Assembly: GCA_965287045.1 (NCBI GenBank) | Contig: CBDIYR020000020.1 | Location: 496,001 to 560,000, forward strand | Direction: 5' to 3' | Length of the DNA stretch: 64,000 nt | Source of the DNA: Carcharhinus amblyrhynchos | Lineage: Eukaryota | Shown here: in pieces, positions 1-12,005 of the stretch | Layout: each line of letters starts with the position of its first letter | How positions within the stretch are numbered: position 1 is the stretch's first letter | The notes under the pieces: model-generated | Told to the model about the DNA's origin: nothing | Databases searched by the model: none | What the model saw: only the letters and a program-made list of their open reading frames with translations | Program-made: the position numbers and the translations under genes

Positions 1-600
1 CTGGATCCACTGGTAAGAATTTTACGACTTTTGTGGGGGTGAGGTGGGTGGGAGAAGCAAAGTTAAAATGCTGTGATGGCATGCCATGCCAAATCCTTGT
101 CTCTGAATGAAGGGTTAGGTGTAAATTCATTTAATTCCAGAGGTCTATGGAATTGTCTCTTGGGAGTTTATGCAGAGTTTGAGGCAGCACTGGAGGGAAC
201 ACAGATGAAAGTCCTTTGGTATCAAATGGGAAGTACTGTGGAAAACAGCACTATTTGTCTTGGGAAGTGCTACAGGAAAGATTAATTGCGAGCTAAGTAT
301 ATGCAAGTTTAATAGCAGTACAGAATTAGTGCGATGAAAATACAATAAGAGGAGGTAATTAAAATGAGAGAAAGTGTACACATTAATTACAGTATAGATA
401 AATGTATTAGCTGATCTCCTTGCTCATGGTAGTCTGGACTCTGGTACACAGTTGTGACATTGAACTGCTACGCTGGAGTTCAGTTTGTCTTTTCAAGACT
501 ACTGACCAGGCACCCTCTGCAACAGTAATGAAATAGGCAAATCCTAAAATCATGATGGAGGCAGGTTATTGGGGGCAGTTTCTGCAGACTGCTGTAAATA

Positions 601-2655
601 AGAACATAAGAACATAAGAAATAGGAGCAGGAGTAGGCCATCTAGCCCTTCGAGCCTGCCCCGCCATTCAATAAGATCATGGCTGATCTGTCATGGCTCA
701 GTTCCACTTTCCCGCCCTCTCCCCATAACCCTTAATCCCCTCTCTTATCAAAAACCCATCAACCCGCGTCTTAAAAATATTTAGCGAGGTAGCCTCCACC
801 ACTTCAACGGGCAGAGAATTCCAGAGATTCACCACCCTTTGAGTGAAGAAGTTCCTCCTCAACTCCGTTCTAAACCGCCCCCCCTTTATCTTGAGGCTGT
901 GCCCCCTAGTCCTATTATCCTTTCTGAGCGGGAAGAGTCTCTCCACCTCTATCCTATCCATCCCATTCATCATCTTACACGTCTCAATGAGATCTCCCCT
1001 CATTCTTCTAAACTCTAACGAGTACAAGCCTAGTTTATTCAGCCTCTCCTCATAGCTCAACCCCCTCAACTCCGGTATCAGCCTAGTAAACCTCCTCTGC
1101 ACTCCCTCCAAGGCCAAAATATCCTTGCATAAGTACGGCACCCAAAACTGCACACAGTACTCCAGCTGCGGCCTCACCAATGCCCTATACAGCCGCAGCA
1201 AGACCTCCCTACTTTTATATTCAATCCCCCTCGCTATGAAGGCCAGCATCCCATTTGCCTTCCTAACCACCTGCTGCACCTGCAAGTTGGGTTTTTGCGA
1301 CTCATGCACAAGGGCCCCAAGGTCCCTCTGCACCGTCGCCTGCTGCAGTTTTTCGCCACGTAAGTGATAATCCTTCCTACCATTATTCCTACCAAAGTGG
1401 ACCACCTCGCACTTGCCAACATTAAATTCCATTTGCCATTTCCTGGCCCATTCGCCCAGCCTATCTAGATCCTTCTGTAGACTCTCCACACAATTTGCCT
1501 TTCCTCCAATCTTGGTGTCATCAGCAAATTTCGACACCATACACTCGGTTCCCTCCTCCAGATCATCTATACAAATGGTAAATAGCTGAGGCCCCAGCAC
1601 CGACCCCTGGGGCACTCCACTAGTCACCATCCGCCAATCCGAATAGCACCCATTGACCCCCACTCTCTGCCTCCTATTTGACAACCAGTCCTCTATCCAC
1701 GCTAACACCCTACCCCCAACTCCCTGTCCCCTGACCTTCTGCAATAACCTCCTGTGAGGTACCTTGTCAAACGCCTTCTGAAAATCCAGAAAGACCACAT
1801 CCACCGGCTCTCCTCTATCCACCGCCCTAGACACATCCTCATAGAACTCCAGTAAATTTGTCAGACACGACTTCCCTTTAACAAAACCGTGCTGCGTCTG
1901 CTCTATCAAGCAATTCCTCTCAAGATGCCTCGCTATTTCCTCCTTGATGACAGATTCTAACATTTTACCTACAACAGACGTTAAACTAACCGGCCTATAA
2001 TTCCCTGCCTTTTGCCTGGCACCCTTCTTAAACAACAGCGTAACATTAGCCGTTTTCCAATCTTCCGGCACTTCCCCGGAATCCAGCGACGTCTGGAAAA
2101 TAACCACCAAGGCATCCACTATCACCTCTGCCATTTCTTTCAGAACCCTCGGATGCATTCCATCCGGTCCTGGCGACTTGTCCACAAACAGTCCCTCCAG
2201 TCTGTTGAGCACCTCCTCTCTAGTAACAGTAATGTCATTAAGACCCTCCAGTCCTACCACCTTTCCATCTCTAACACCCGGCAAATTATTCACGTCCTCC
2301 TCCGTGAAGACAGAAACAAAAAAGTTATTCAGGACCTCAGCCATATCCCCATCCCCTACCACTAAGCCCCCCTTCTCATCCTCTAAGGGACCAACGTTCA
2401 CCCTAGCCAGCCTCTTCCTTTTTATATATTTATAAAAACTCTTGCTATCCTTTTATATATTAAGCGCAAGCCCAGCTTCATAGTTTCTCCTACCCTTCTT
2501 TATCATCTTCTTTGTCAATCTTTGTTGACATTTAAACCTCTCCCAATCCTCTTCTCGCCCACTACTCTTTGCTACTCTAAACGCCTCCGCTTTTAATTTA
2601 ACACTTTCCTTCACCTCCTTCGTTATCCACGGCTTATTACCTCTCCTCCTACTGT
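601..2655 (-). mobile_element. Young 5'-truncated CR1-clade (HER1-like) LINE
   Basis: (TTCTTATG)n-type tail at 601-620 (rc), 3'UTR ending GGGCTAGATGGCCTACTCCTGCTCC, RT ORF, and upstream linker (KPWITKEVKESVKLK...WERFK) ending abruptly near 2655. Confidence 0.95.
698..2401 (-). CDS. CR1 ORF2 reverse transcriptase and C-terminal region (truncated; probably not expressed)
   Basis: Motifs [67 protein letters not shown]. In frame with ORF 2453-2710 apart from one TAA at 2453-2455 (NI*KDSKSFYKY). Confidence 0.93.
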   Translation of the reverse strand: MNVGPLEDEKGGLVVGDGDMAEVLNNFFVSVFTEEDVNNLPGVRDGKVVGLEGLNDITVTREEVLNRLEGLFVDKSPGPDGMHPRVLKEMAEVIVDALVVIFQTSLDSGEVPEDWKTANVTLLFKKGARQKAGNYRPVSLTSVVGKMLESVIKEEIARHLERNCLIEQTQHGFVKGKSCLTNLLEFYEDVSRAVDRGEPVDVVFLDFQKAFDKVPHRRLLQKVRGQGVGGRVLAWIEDWLSNRRQRVGVNGCYSDWRMVTSGVPQGSVLGPQLFTICIDDLEEGTECMVSKFADDTKIGGKANCVESLQKDLDRLGEWARKWQMEFNVGKCEVVHFGRNNGRKDYHLRGEKLQQATVQRDLGALVHESQKPNLQVQQVVRKANGMLAFIARGIEYKSREVLLRLYRALVRPQLEYCVQFWVPYLCKDILALEGVQRRFTRLIPELRGLSYEERLNKLGLYSLEFRRMRGDLIETCKMMNGMDRIEVERLFPLRKDNRTRGHSLKIKGGRFRTELRRNFFTQRVVNLWNSLPVEVVEATSLNIFKTRVDGFLIREGIKGYGERAGKWN

Positions 2656-3333
2656 TCTTTTTGCAAAATACCATTTGGGAGAAGCCAGTTATCAAGGTCA
2701 GAAAAATCAACAGGAAATGACTGGTCTTCCTTTGTGTAGCATTTTGAAGTGCAACAACTTAAATGGATATCAGAAATCTAAAAGATATGCAGTGGACACA
2801 TCATTTTACATTTCTGTATGTAAAAGACTTGCAACCTAACAAACCCTTTAAGAGAAATAAATGCATCTCAGTAATATGCTCATTGTTGCAGATAAAACCA
2901 TTTACAAAGTCAAGGACTGTGAACCTAATCAACAATGGATCATACAACAGTGCCTATGGGCACATGTGATATCCAGTTTGTAGAATTTTAGCTGCTTCTA
3001 GGATCTGAAAACGCAGAAAACAGGAAACTGTTTACTGAATGATAAAGTGAGTCTTAGTTGTCAATAATGGCTGTGATTCTAAGTGCCTATGCCAACAGGA
3101 AAACTGGAGGGTTTCAAGACCAGATTGCCAGTTATAAATGGCAGCCCCATCTCTGTGCTCGGAGACAGACACTGCCCCCACCACCCCCTCAACACAATCA
3201 AAAAAAAAAGGTGGCCCCTACACTGACCAGGGGAGCACCACCACTCACTCAACCAAGAGGGGCATCCTCCCATCCACAAATAACAGGTAACCCTTGGTCA
3301 CACCACACAGGCACGGGGATGACCTGACCTGAC

Positions 3334-4720
3334 CTGACAACCTGGCATGGTGCCTTGGGCCCATGGGAGCTTGGAGATAGGTCCAGTGGCCATTTGCCCC
3401 TCTGCTGATGCCAAGCTGCAGAGAAAGGGTCTCTCATGGGTCTGGGGGGTTGGGTGTGTTTGGGCCAGGGGCAAGGGATTGGCCCTGCCACACTCCGTCG
3501 GGATGAGTGTTGCGGCTGGACTGCCCCTTCTAGCCCTGAAGATCACCCCTGGCATGGTGATTTCCGGGATCCCTGTGATCAATATCTCTATTCCTAACTG
3601 TCAGCTGTGCCAGGTCGCCCTAACCTCCATGTAATCCGCTCCTCCCCTCTCCTATTCCATTCTGCAGTAGAGAGCTTCCTTTTTCTCTGTCAGAAGCTGC
3701 AGGTGGGAGACTTTTGAAGTCCTCTGACCGGGAGGTTGGGGGGCGGGGGATGTCAGTTTCATCTGGGAGAGGGGTTCCAGTTTGCATAGCTGTGCACTCA
3801 GCCCCAATATATGCACACAGCTTTGATTTGAATTTGCTGAATGCCCCACTCAGGCCCCCCCACTCAGGCCACCTTTCCCTGTCAGACCACCCCTCAGGTC
3901 CCCTTTCCCCATCAGATCCCCACTCAACCCCGTTACCCCTCATTCAGCCATCCTTTTTCAGACCACTTCGAAAAGGGAGTGAAACCACAAAGTATTAATC
4001 AGGTTTAGACTCTTGTCAACATTGCGGTCAGGATTAATGGGGTTCTTGAGGTGCATTCAACCGTGAAGGGAAATAAAAATTAAACACAGGTGTCTGGAGG
4101 ATTGAGCTGGCAGCTGATTCTTTTGAGGCACTGCACATTGAATTTGCTACAGATCAAAGGCTACAAGTGCAATGCGGAGGGCCTCAATTATTTCAGCTTG
4201 CTGGGAAGCTGCAGCAACTTCAAATCAAAGCTGTGTGCATACATTGGAGCTGAGTGCACAACTGTGCAAACTGGAACCCCTCTCCCAAGCGAACACCACC
4301 CCCCCCACCCCAGTCAGAGGACTTCAAAAGTCTCCCACCTGCAGTTTCTGACAGAGAAAAAGGAAGCTCTCTACTGCAGAATGGAATGGGAGAGGGGAGG
4401 AGCAGATTACATGGAGGTTATGGTGACCTGGCACAGCTGACAGGCAGGAATGCAGATTTTGATCACAGGGCTGCCAGAAATCACCAGGCCAGGGGTGATC
4501 TTCAGGCCTGCCAGGGCTAGAAGGGGCAGTCCAGCCACAACATCCCATCCTGACGGAGTGTGGCAGGGCCAATCCCTTGCCCCTAGCCCAAACGCATCCA
4601 ACACCCAGCCCCATGAGAGACCCTTCCTCTGCAGCCTGGCATCAGCAGAGGGGCAAAATGGTCACTGGACCTACCTCCTCAAGCTCCCATGGGGAGCAAG
4701 ACATCATGCCAGGTTGTCGG
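3334..4720. repeat. Long imperfect inverted repeat: arms 3334-3839 and 4212-4720, spacer about 370 bp
   Basis: 3764-3839 tgggagaggggttccagtttgca...cacagctttgatttgaatttgctg is the rc of 4212-4287; similarity continues to gacaacctggcatg / catgccaggttgtc. Confidence 0.92.
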
Positions 4721-5444
4721 TGCTAGTGCACAGTTGGCTCGACCACGGCACATGGCCTGAAGGGGGTTGAGTGGGGGTCAAGTGGGTCCTTAGAAGGGGG
4801 TTGGGTTAGATGCACCTCATGTCAGCGTGGTGTGGGGGGGACACGCCTCTCATTGCTGAGAGATTTGTGGTACTTCCTCGACCCTAGGAGTTCAACATGG
4901 CAGTTCTTCACTTGTGAGCACCTGTACAAAAGCCCATCTGGTACAGATCCTGTTGGGGAGGCGGGGGCTTCAGGCCCCCTCATTATAGTTGTGTATTTGA
5001 ATATGCATCAGGTTTCCGCCCACTGGGCTGGCATTGCGGCCTGGGAGGATTGCAATAGGTTTGCCAATAGGTGCAGAACCCATTTTCCAAGCCATTGCAA
5101 TACTCGCTGGGAGCTGGTGGACTTGAAGAACCTCCCCCCCCCCATAATATTTCAATGGCAATTTAATAGAAATATCAATTTAAAACACTGTCCTTTGATC
5201 ACAAATTCTGAATACCTTTGCAATTTCTAAAGTACATCCATCCTAATTATAAACCTTCCATTCATTCCACAAGATTATAAAATATCTATGAATAACTCTG
5301 TAGTTTTACTTGGTAGAAAAGGCTGCACCTCAAATTTTGAACAAAATATATACTTTCCCCACTATATAATCTCACCATGCTTTGCGTCCCATTATTTCTC
5401 ACTGTTATTTTGTTAGTATTCATTTGGTGAACCAAGAAGTTCTT

Positions 5445-5850
5445 GTTGTTGTTTGGACAGGGGTATTGCGGTATGACCACATTTATTGTCCATTCCTTGT
5501 TGCCCTCAGAAGATGGTAGTGGGTTCCTTCTTCTACAAGAAACCCCAGTGATTCTGAAAAATTATTTAGGTCCAAAAAAGTGTAGTTGAGTGACATGAAG
5601 GGGTTTGTGGGTAAATGGTGCTCCAAGAAAATTGGCACTCTTGTATTTCTTGGTGGTAGAGTTGCAGGGGAGGAAAGTGCTTTCAAATTCACCTTGACAA
5701 ATAATGCAATGCATCATTCATAATGTAGTCACAGTAGTGGAAGGATAAGTATTTAGTTTCATAGAAACAGCACCAGTCAAATGTAGCGCTCCATCCAGAT
5801 GATGTTGAGTATAGTTGCAGCTACACCCATCAAAGCTAGGTTGGTCTAGA
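5445..5850 (-). mobile_element. Degraded 3' fragment of a second CR1-like LINE family
   Basis: tttattgtccattccttgttgccctcagaagatggtagtg matches the rc of the 3' end seen at 9860-9930 and 45140-45190. Confidence 0.6.
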
Positions 5851-7077
5851 TCGTCGTGTGTATTTATAAGAAGCACAAATGCCATAACAGTATTTAAATG
5901 ATTTAAAAACACGATCTGTTAATAATCAACATTCCATTGCATTGAATTGTGACAATAATGGGACTTGGTTCTTCTAAAACACCAAATAAATTGTAATTAC
6001 ATGTGTTTGTGTCCAAGCACACATACACAGGTACACATTGACATATGGCCTTGAGTTTAGTACACAGCCATTACATCCTAGATGACATAATGTGTTGTAG
6101 GTACAAAAGAGCTTTCAGGAAGAGAGAAAGAAAGCCTAGCATTTCATTATTAGTTCTTTTTACCTGGAGTGCAAAGTTTACAAGTGATTTATTGACCTTT
6201 AATTGGTCTCAGCATACGTACATGCAGTTACAATCACCTACTGTTTCACATGCAGTATTTGAGTAATGACAACAAAATCACATATCAGGTTAGGGGCTAA
6301 ACATAACCATGTACAAGATCCCTGCCTACCCACGTGCAATACCACAAGGAATCAGGTAGTGGAGATAAATGTTATGGCTGCATCTCCAAGCAGTATGTGT
6401 GAAAAGCCTGGAGGTGCTTAGTCAGGATAAAGCAATGATGGTGTGATACGTTTTTATAGATATTTATGTAACCAAGCAAATGCTTTCTACATTTTTTGTT
6501 GTGGGTTTAAGTCATAAACTTTGTCATAAACTTCAGATAGTCAACGATACATGTTAGCAGGAGAGTGGGTGTTATTTAATTTGAAAAATAGTGAATTGCA
6601 TTATTACTTTAACATATAAAGAGAGCAATGTAGTTCAGAAAGCAGCAATTCTATGAATGGCATGGACCCCATTATTCACAGAATCCAGTTTCCAGGAAAA
6701 TTACTTCTTTCTTTCTCATTTCAAAATCCAATCACTAAGAACAGCGTACTATGTAGTTAACACGACATAAAGATCCGGGTGGGGGGGGGGTGTGGTGGTT
6801 GTTGGTGGTAGAGAGAAGATTACTCAATAGCTTATCTGTATACAGCTGGGGACAGACTGTCCTGTGAGATGTGACTATTTTAAAGTGCTCTCAATGGATA
6901 AATGCCAACTGACACACCCATTATATATAAAGACCACAGTCAACATCAGAAGTCATTCAAAATAATGAGGCTATCCCTGACTTCACTTTTGTGCAATTTC
7001 AAAATACTATTATATACAAACATCTTACATCTTGTAAATTGCAAATTTTCTGTACTTTTGAGGACCGATTTTTTTTT

Positions 7078-7418
7078 TCTTTATTCCGTTATGGAATATG
7101 GGCATTGCTGGCAAAGGCAGCACTTGTTGCCCATTCCCAATTGCCATTTCAGTGGGTCAACCACATTGCTGTGGGTTTCAAGTCAAGCGCAGGCCAGATC
7201 AGGTATAGATGGCATGTTTCCTTCCTAAAGGACATCTGTAAACCAGATGAGTTTTTATAACAATGATAGCTGTCATGGCAATAAGCACTGTTGCCAGCTT
7301 TATATTCAAGATTTACCAATAAAATGTAAACGCCGCCCCACGACAGGATCTGAACCTATGTCCCAAAGCATAAACCTGGGTCTCTGGTTCAGTGATATCA
7401 CCACTCTGACATCATCCA
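7078..7418 (-). mobile_element. tRNA-derived SINE with CR1-like 3' tail
   Basis: B-box-like GGTTCAGATCC (rc of 7346-7356); body and tail similar to 40775-41013 and 56545-56868. Confidence 0.7.
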
Positions 7419-8699
7419 CCTTTGACAGTGTAGAAAGTATCAATGGAAATGCAGTAGAGGATTATCATTTTGCACTGCTGAATTTTCTCATTAAAATTAC
7501 TCCCTAATAATTTTGCGTTGATTCCTTGTTAATATCAACTTTGCTTAATTGTTGTACATTTTGTGACCAGGCTCCGAAATGTCATTAAGGGACTCTCAAC
7601 TGGATTTTCTCCCCTCCTCTCGATTTATGCTGTTCTAGTAGTCCTCTAATTGTGCCTATGAGCCCAAACAGCGGGACCCAAATTAGATGGCCCAAAAACA
7701 GATGCACAGATTATGACAGACAGGTAGCACAAGAGATTAGTTACTGACACTGCACACAGATAGGACAGAGGCTGGATCTGCATCTGGTGAAACATTGGGC
7801 ATGAATGGGCAACAGCCAAGACAGGAGATAAAGGTAGTTCAGATGCCACTTTGTCAGTGGTTAAGGCTGCATACAGGTTACTCCGCAGAGGACTCAAATG
7901 AGCATTTTGATGCTACAGCCACAGAAAAATGTTATTGAATTTGCAAAACCAAATGCTTGGTACCTGAAATGTCTGCCAGAAAGCCTGTGGAAAATGTCAA
8001 GCAGCACTGGTGGATCCAACACCTATTTGGCAAAGGGCTTTGCACAGAGCAGAGTCTAAATTTTCCAGCACAGGAGGAACAAACTCTATTTGCCCAATTG
8101 AGGGCCCAATCATGACAGAGTGTATGATCGATGTCGATTACCATTGCAGCACAAGCAACAGCCACGCCACAACTGAGTACAGCACTGCGAACACAGACTT
8201 CTGTCATGCAAAGTCAGCTTGCATCCACGGAAGTACAGAGTCTTCACATCATGGCTTTGGATTACACCGTACATAAAGGGCTTGTAAGTGTCACAGCAAT
8301 CTGTCCTCCAACAGACTAACAGGATTACTGAGACTGGGCTGGAGAAAATGGCATAATTCCATTGAGCAGAAACCTGCTGTCCTTCCTCAGGAAGGCAACA
8401 TTTATCCTTTCAACCGCCACTCCAACAGTGTCCTTGCATTAGATTAGCCTGTTTAAGATGGTGCAGTCTGTAGCTGGGCCTTTTAGGTAGGCCCACTGCA
8501 GTTCAAGTTTGTCCTCCAAGGGTGTCTGCAGTCTTCTCCACTGGAATTGAGCAGGCACCCACAAGTTCTGTTACAGCCTCTGGCACAGTACAACATCGGA
8601 GCAATAGGGCAGTCAAAGACAAACTGGGTGGGCGGCAAGGCCGTGATTATTTGCCTTTCATCGGCAATAGGGCATGACTTTATTCACTGTATAAATTTG

Positions 8700-9930
8700 A
8701 TTTTGAATGTGCTCTGGGGCTTGTGCCAAGATTGAAAGAGTTGTCCCATAACTGTCAATATCAAGCTGATGTTAAACTACAGCTGACATTGTCATACTCT
8801 CAGAATCACATCTCACAGCCAATGTCCCAGATCCCATCACCCCATCCAGAGGTATGTCCTATACCACTAACATGAAAGAGGCAGCTGCACAGTTGTATCC
8901 TGTGAGGTTGTCAGGAAGGAGTTGTTTTAGGTCCTTATCACTGACTCCAGACCCATGAAGTCTCATGGCCAATCATCTCAGTCCATCACTGCAGGAGTTC
9001 CCCAGAGTGGTGTCCTAGCTCCACTATTTTCAGCTGCTTCATCAATGAATTTCCCTCTGTCGTAAGATTAAAAGTGGAAATGTTTGCCAATCGTGGCTCA
9101 GCATTCAGCACCATTCATAAATCAGACGCTAAAGCATCCCATGCCCATATACAGCAAAACCTGGACAACATTCAGGCTTGGGATGATCAGTGGCAAATAA
9201 CATTCACACAAGTGTAAGATAATGACCATCTTCAACCAGAGAGATTCTAAACATCTCCCCTTGATGATTATTGGCATTACCATCACTGAATCTTCTACAA
9301 TCACCATTCTAGGGGTTACCATGGGCCAGAAACTGAACTGCAGAAGCCATATAAATACCGTGACTACAACAGGAGGTCAGATGCTGGCAATCCTATGGTG
9401 AGTAACTCACTTCCCAACTCCCCAAAGCCTGTCCACCATCCGTAAGACACAAAATCAGGAGTACAATTGAATACTCATTTGCCTGAATGAGTGTAATTCC
9501 AACAACATTCAAGAAGCTTGGCATCATTCAGGACAATGTAACCCACTTGGACACCATCCAGCAATTTAATCATATTTTGCCCCCACAACCGACACACAAC
9601 ACAATATGCAAGACGCAACTCACCAAGGGTCCTTCGATAGCATCTTCCAAACTCATAACCACCTAGAAGGATAAAGGCAACAGATACATGGGAAGAACAT
9701 CACTGGCATATTTTCCTCCAAATCACTAACCTACACCACCGTGACATGGAACTTAAGCCATTCCTTCATTGTTGCAGGATCAAAATCCTGGAACCCCCTT
9801 CCTAATAGCAAAGTTGATGTGCCTGCATCAGGTGGATTACAGCAGTTCAAGAACTTCTTGAGACCAATTAGTGAAGGAAAACAAATGCTGGCCTTGTCAG
9901 TGATATCCACATCTCATGAAAGGATAAACA
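8700..9930 (+). mobile_element. Decayed CR1-like LINE with the endonuclease remnant joined to the RT 3' half
   Basis: DIVILSESHLTANVPD (APE N-terminus) at about 8785-8830; GVPQSGVLA..FSCFINE..MFAN at about 8994-9090; SWNPLP; atgaa-type tail at 9915-9930. Confidence 0.8.
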
Positions 9931-12005
9931 AAAAGCCCTGCTGGGGAGGTCCTTCCTGCTGAGTGTTCAGCTGTGCAATGTTTCAGAGTGCGTTGGCTGG
10001 AGTGTTGAGCTTCAAAATGGTTGGGTAGGCGTCAAATCAGTGGTTGCAACGTCTAGCATGATTCACTCCCACGAATGTACACATGACTGGTGATGCCTTT
10101 TTGGAGCTTTAAGGGCACTTGTACACATAAAACAGGCATTGGCAAGCCTGATTTCTCACCCTGGATATGAGGTTATCTGTCCACATTTCAAGGCCAAGCC
10201 TAATGCCCCCATCCTCATCCAAACAGCACAATTTTTAACTGAGCAGCACTCAACAGCAATTAGGAAATGGAACGCCAGACTATTTCCTTCCCCGCCCTTC
10301 CCTAACTGTGGCCAGTTGCATCCTGTGCTGAGATCAGATAACTCAAAGATCAAATACTCAAACTTCTTGCTCGGTGTATTTCAGTTTCACACCAAATCAG
10401 TATTTCTTTTATTACTAAAATAGGAGGTCTACATTTAATTGGTACAATCTAATGTTAACATCACATGTTGTTTACCATATTGGTCTTTTTCCCGTTTTTG
10501 TTTTGTTTCCATAATAAAATTTCTTTATTTTGTCCATTAATATAACAGGAATATAAGTGTGACCATTATTCTTGTCTTTATTCATACATATTATATATTT
10601 ACACACACATGTAGATTCTGAAGAAATTTCATCTGATTTCATTGAGGCTCTTACTCATTATCACACCCAAGCATAAACTTTCACCTACTGCATCCAACAT
10701 GTGATGCCACTAATGTAATCTGAAATGTAATTTAACACCATTGTGGAAATACTTGAGTTTGAATGTAGATCTAGATTGTGGAAGGCTAATAGATCATAGG
10801 GTTAGAAGTCTTTGAGAGTCAGGTAGTACAATTCAAGGCTGGACAAAACAATGTTAAATGACATTTGCAACTTCATGCTATACTGAACATTTTGAACACT
10901 TCCCAAATGATTTCATTAACGTTGATGTTCCTTCTGCAAGGAAATAGTAACTTAGGTAAATTTAATCCCAGAATAAGAAAGTAACCAAGAGAGATTTCCA
11001 CTAACATGTCTAGACTGCAAACCATATGGCAGGGAATTAGTCAGAATCATATGGTGCAATTGCTTAATAGGCTAATTCACAACATTTGTCTTAGTTTAAA
11101 TATCATTACAGTGCAATAGTCTGCTTTGGTTAAACATCCAAAGCATTACTTCTGTACCTTTAATGGCCGTGTCAGTAAGAAAACTGTTTAATACTTTAGC
11201 AGGTTATGCACTGTATTATGGATTACACAAAACCCTGAATTGAACTGGCTTTTAGCTGTGTTTTTAATTCAAAATCAAGTCTGAAGTCCACCCCTCCTTC
11301 TTAAATCTGAAGCTACAATATCTATCGAATGGTATTTTTCCCCTTCTTAATTCTTCAGTCCTTACTGGGTCAAATGGAGTGCAGTGCATTCATGAAGACA
11401 GGCTATCCATATCGCCAGCCTGTCTGAGACGCAATGAGCAAACACAACCACTCTAACAGCCAACACTTGGCAACGCCTGAGGCAGGCGGGTAGGCAGGCA
11501 AGCAGACATTCCGATACGAAGCCTGCTTTGAATGTACAGCTGCTTTTTTGATTGATCTGTAAACAGTGCCTATAAAGGTCTGAAACCTGAACTCTGCTAG
11601 AAAGGAACTGAAAGGTGTCAGTCAATTGTTTTTTTTTGTAATAGTGGGGGGTGTGAAAAATGAATTCAGTACAGCCAGCCCCATCTTGAAGTGGTGCAAT
11701 GATTCACACCCTTAAACATGGATCATATTTCTAACCATTTCACTTCGGTTTCTTTCTTAATCTGGCACTCAAAATGTTTCCCTCCATAGCAACCGACATA
11801 ACAGTGGGTCTCGGCCAAAGTGTTGCTAGACAAACAGGACTCATCTCCTGGTAGCAGATGACTTAAGATTTTTTTAAACAATTTCTAACAAAACTGGCCT
11901 AAGACTTGCCAACTCACACAACTTGAAAGGAACTTTGTTCTTTCAATCTTGAAGGAATTCCTACTGCATTGCAAAAATATATTTTTTTTTTACACACACA
12001 CGCAG

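Noticed and set aside
843-2435. Plus-strand ORFs overlapping the CR1 (also 61035-61505 on the minus strand)
   Set aside because: Antisense shadows of the LINE ORF2
3058-5230. Cluster of 60-130 aa ORFs with duplicated peptides
   Set aside because: By-product of a GC-rich inverted repeat; frames are not preserved between arms
7640-8600. GC-balanced block with several ORFs, possibly a Harbinger accessory-gene remnant
   Set aside because: No diagnostic motif could be read
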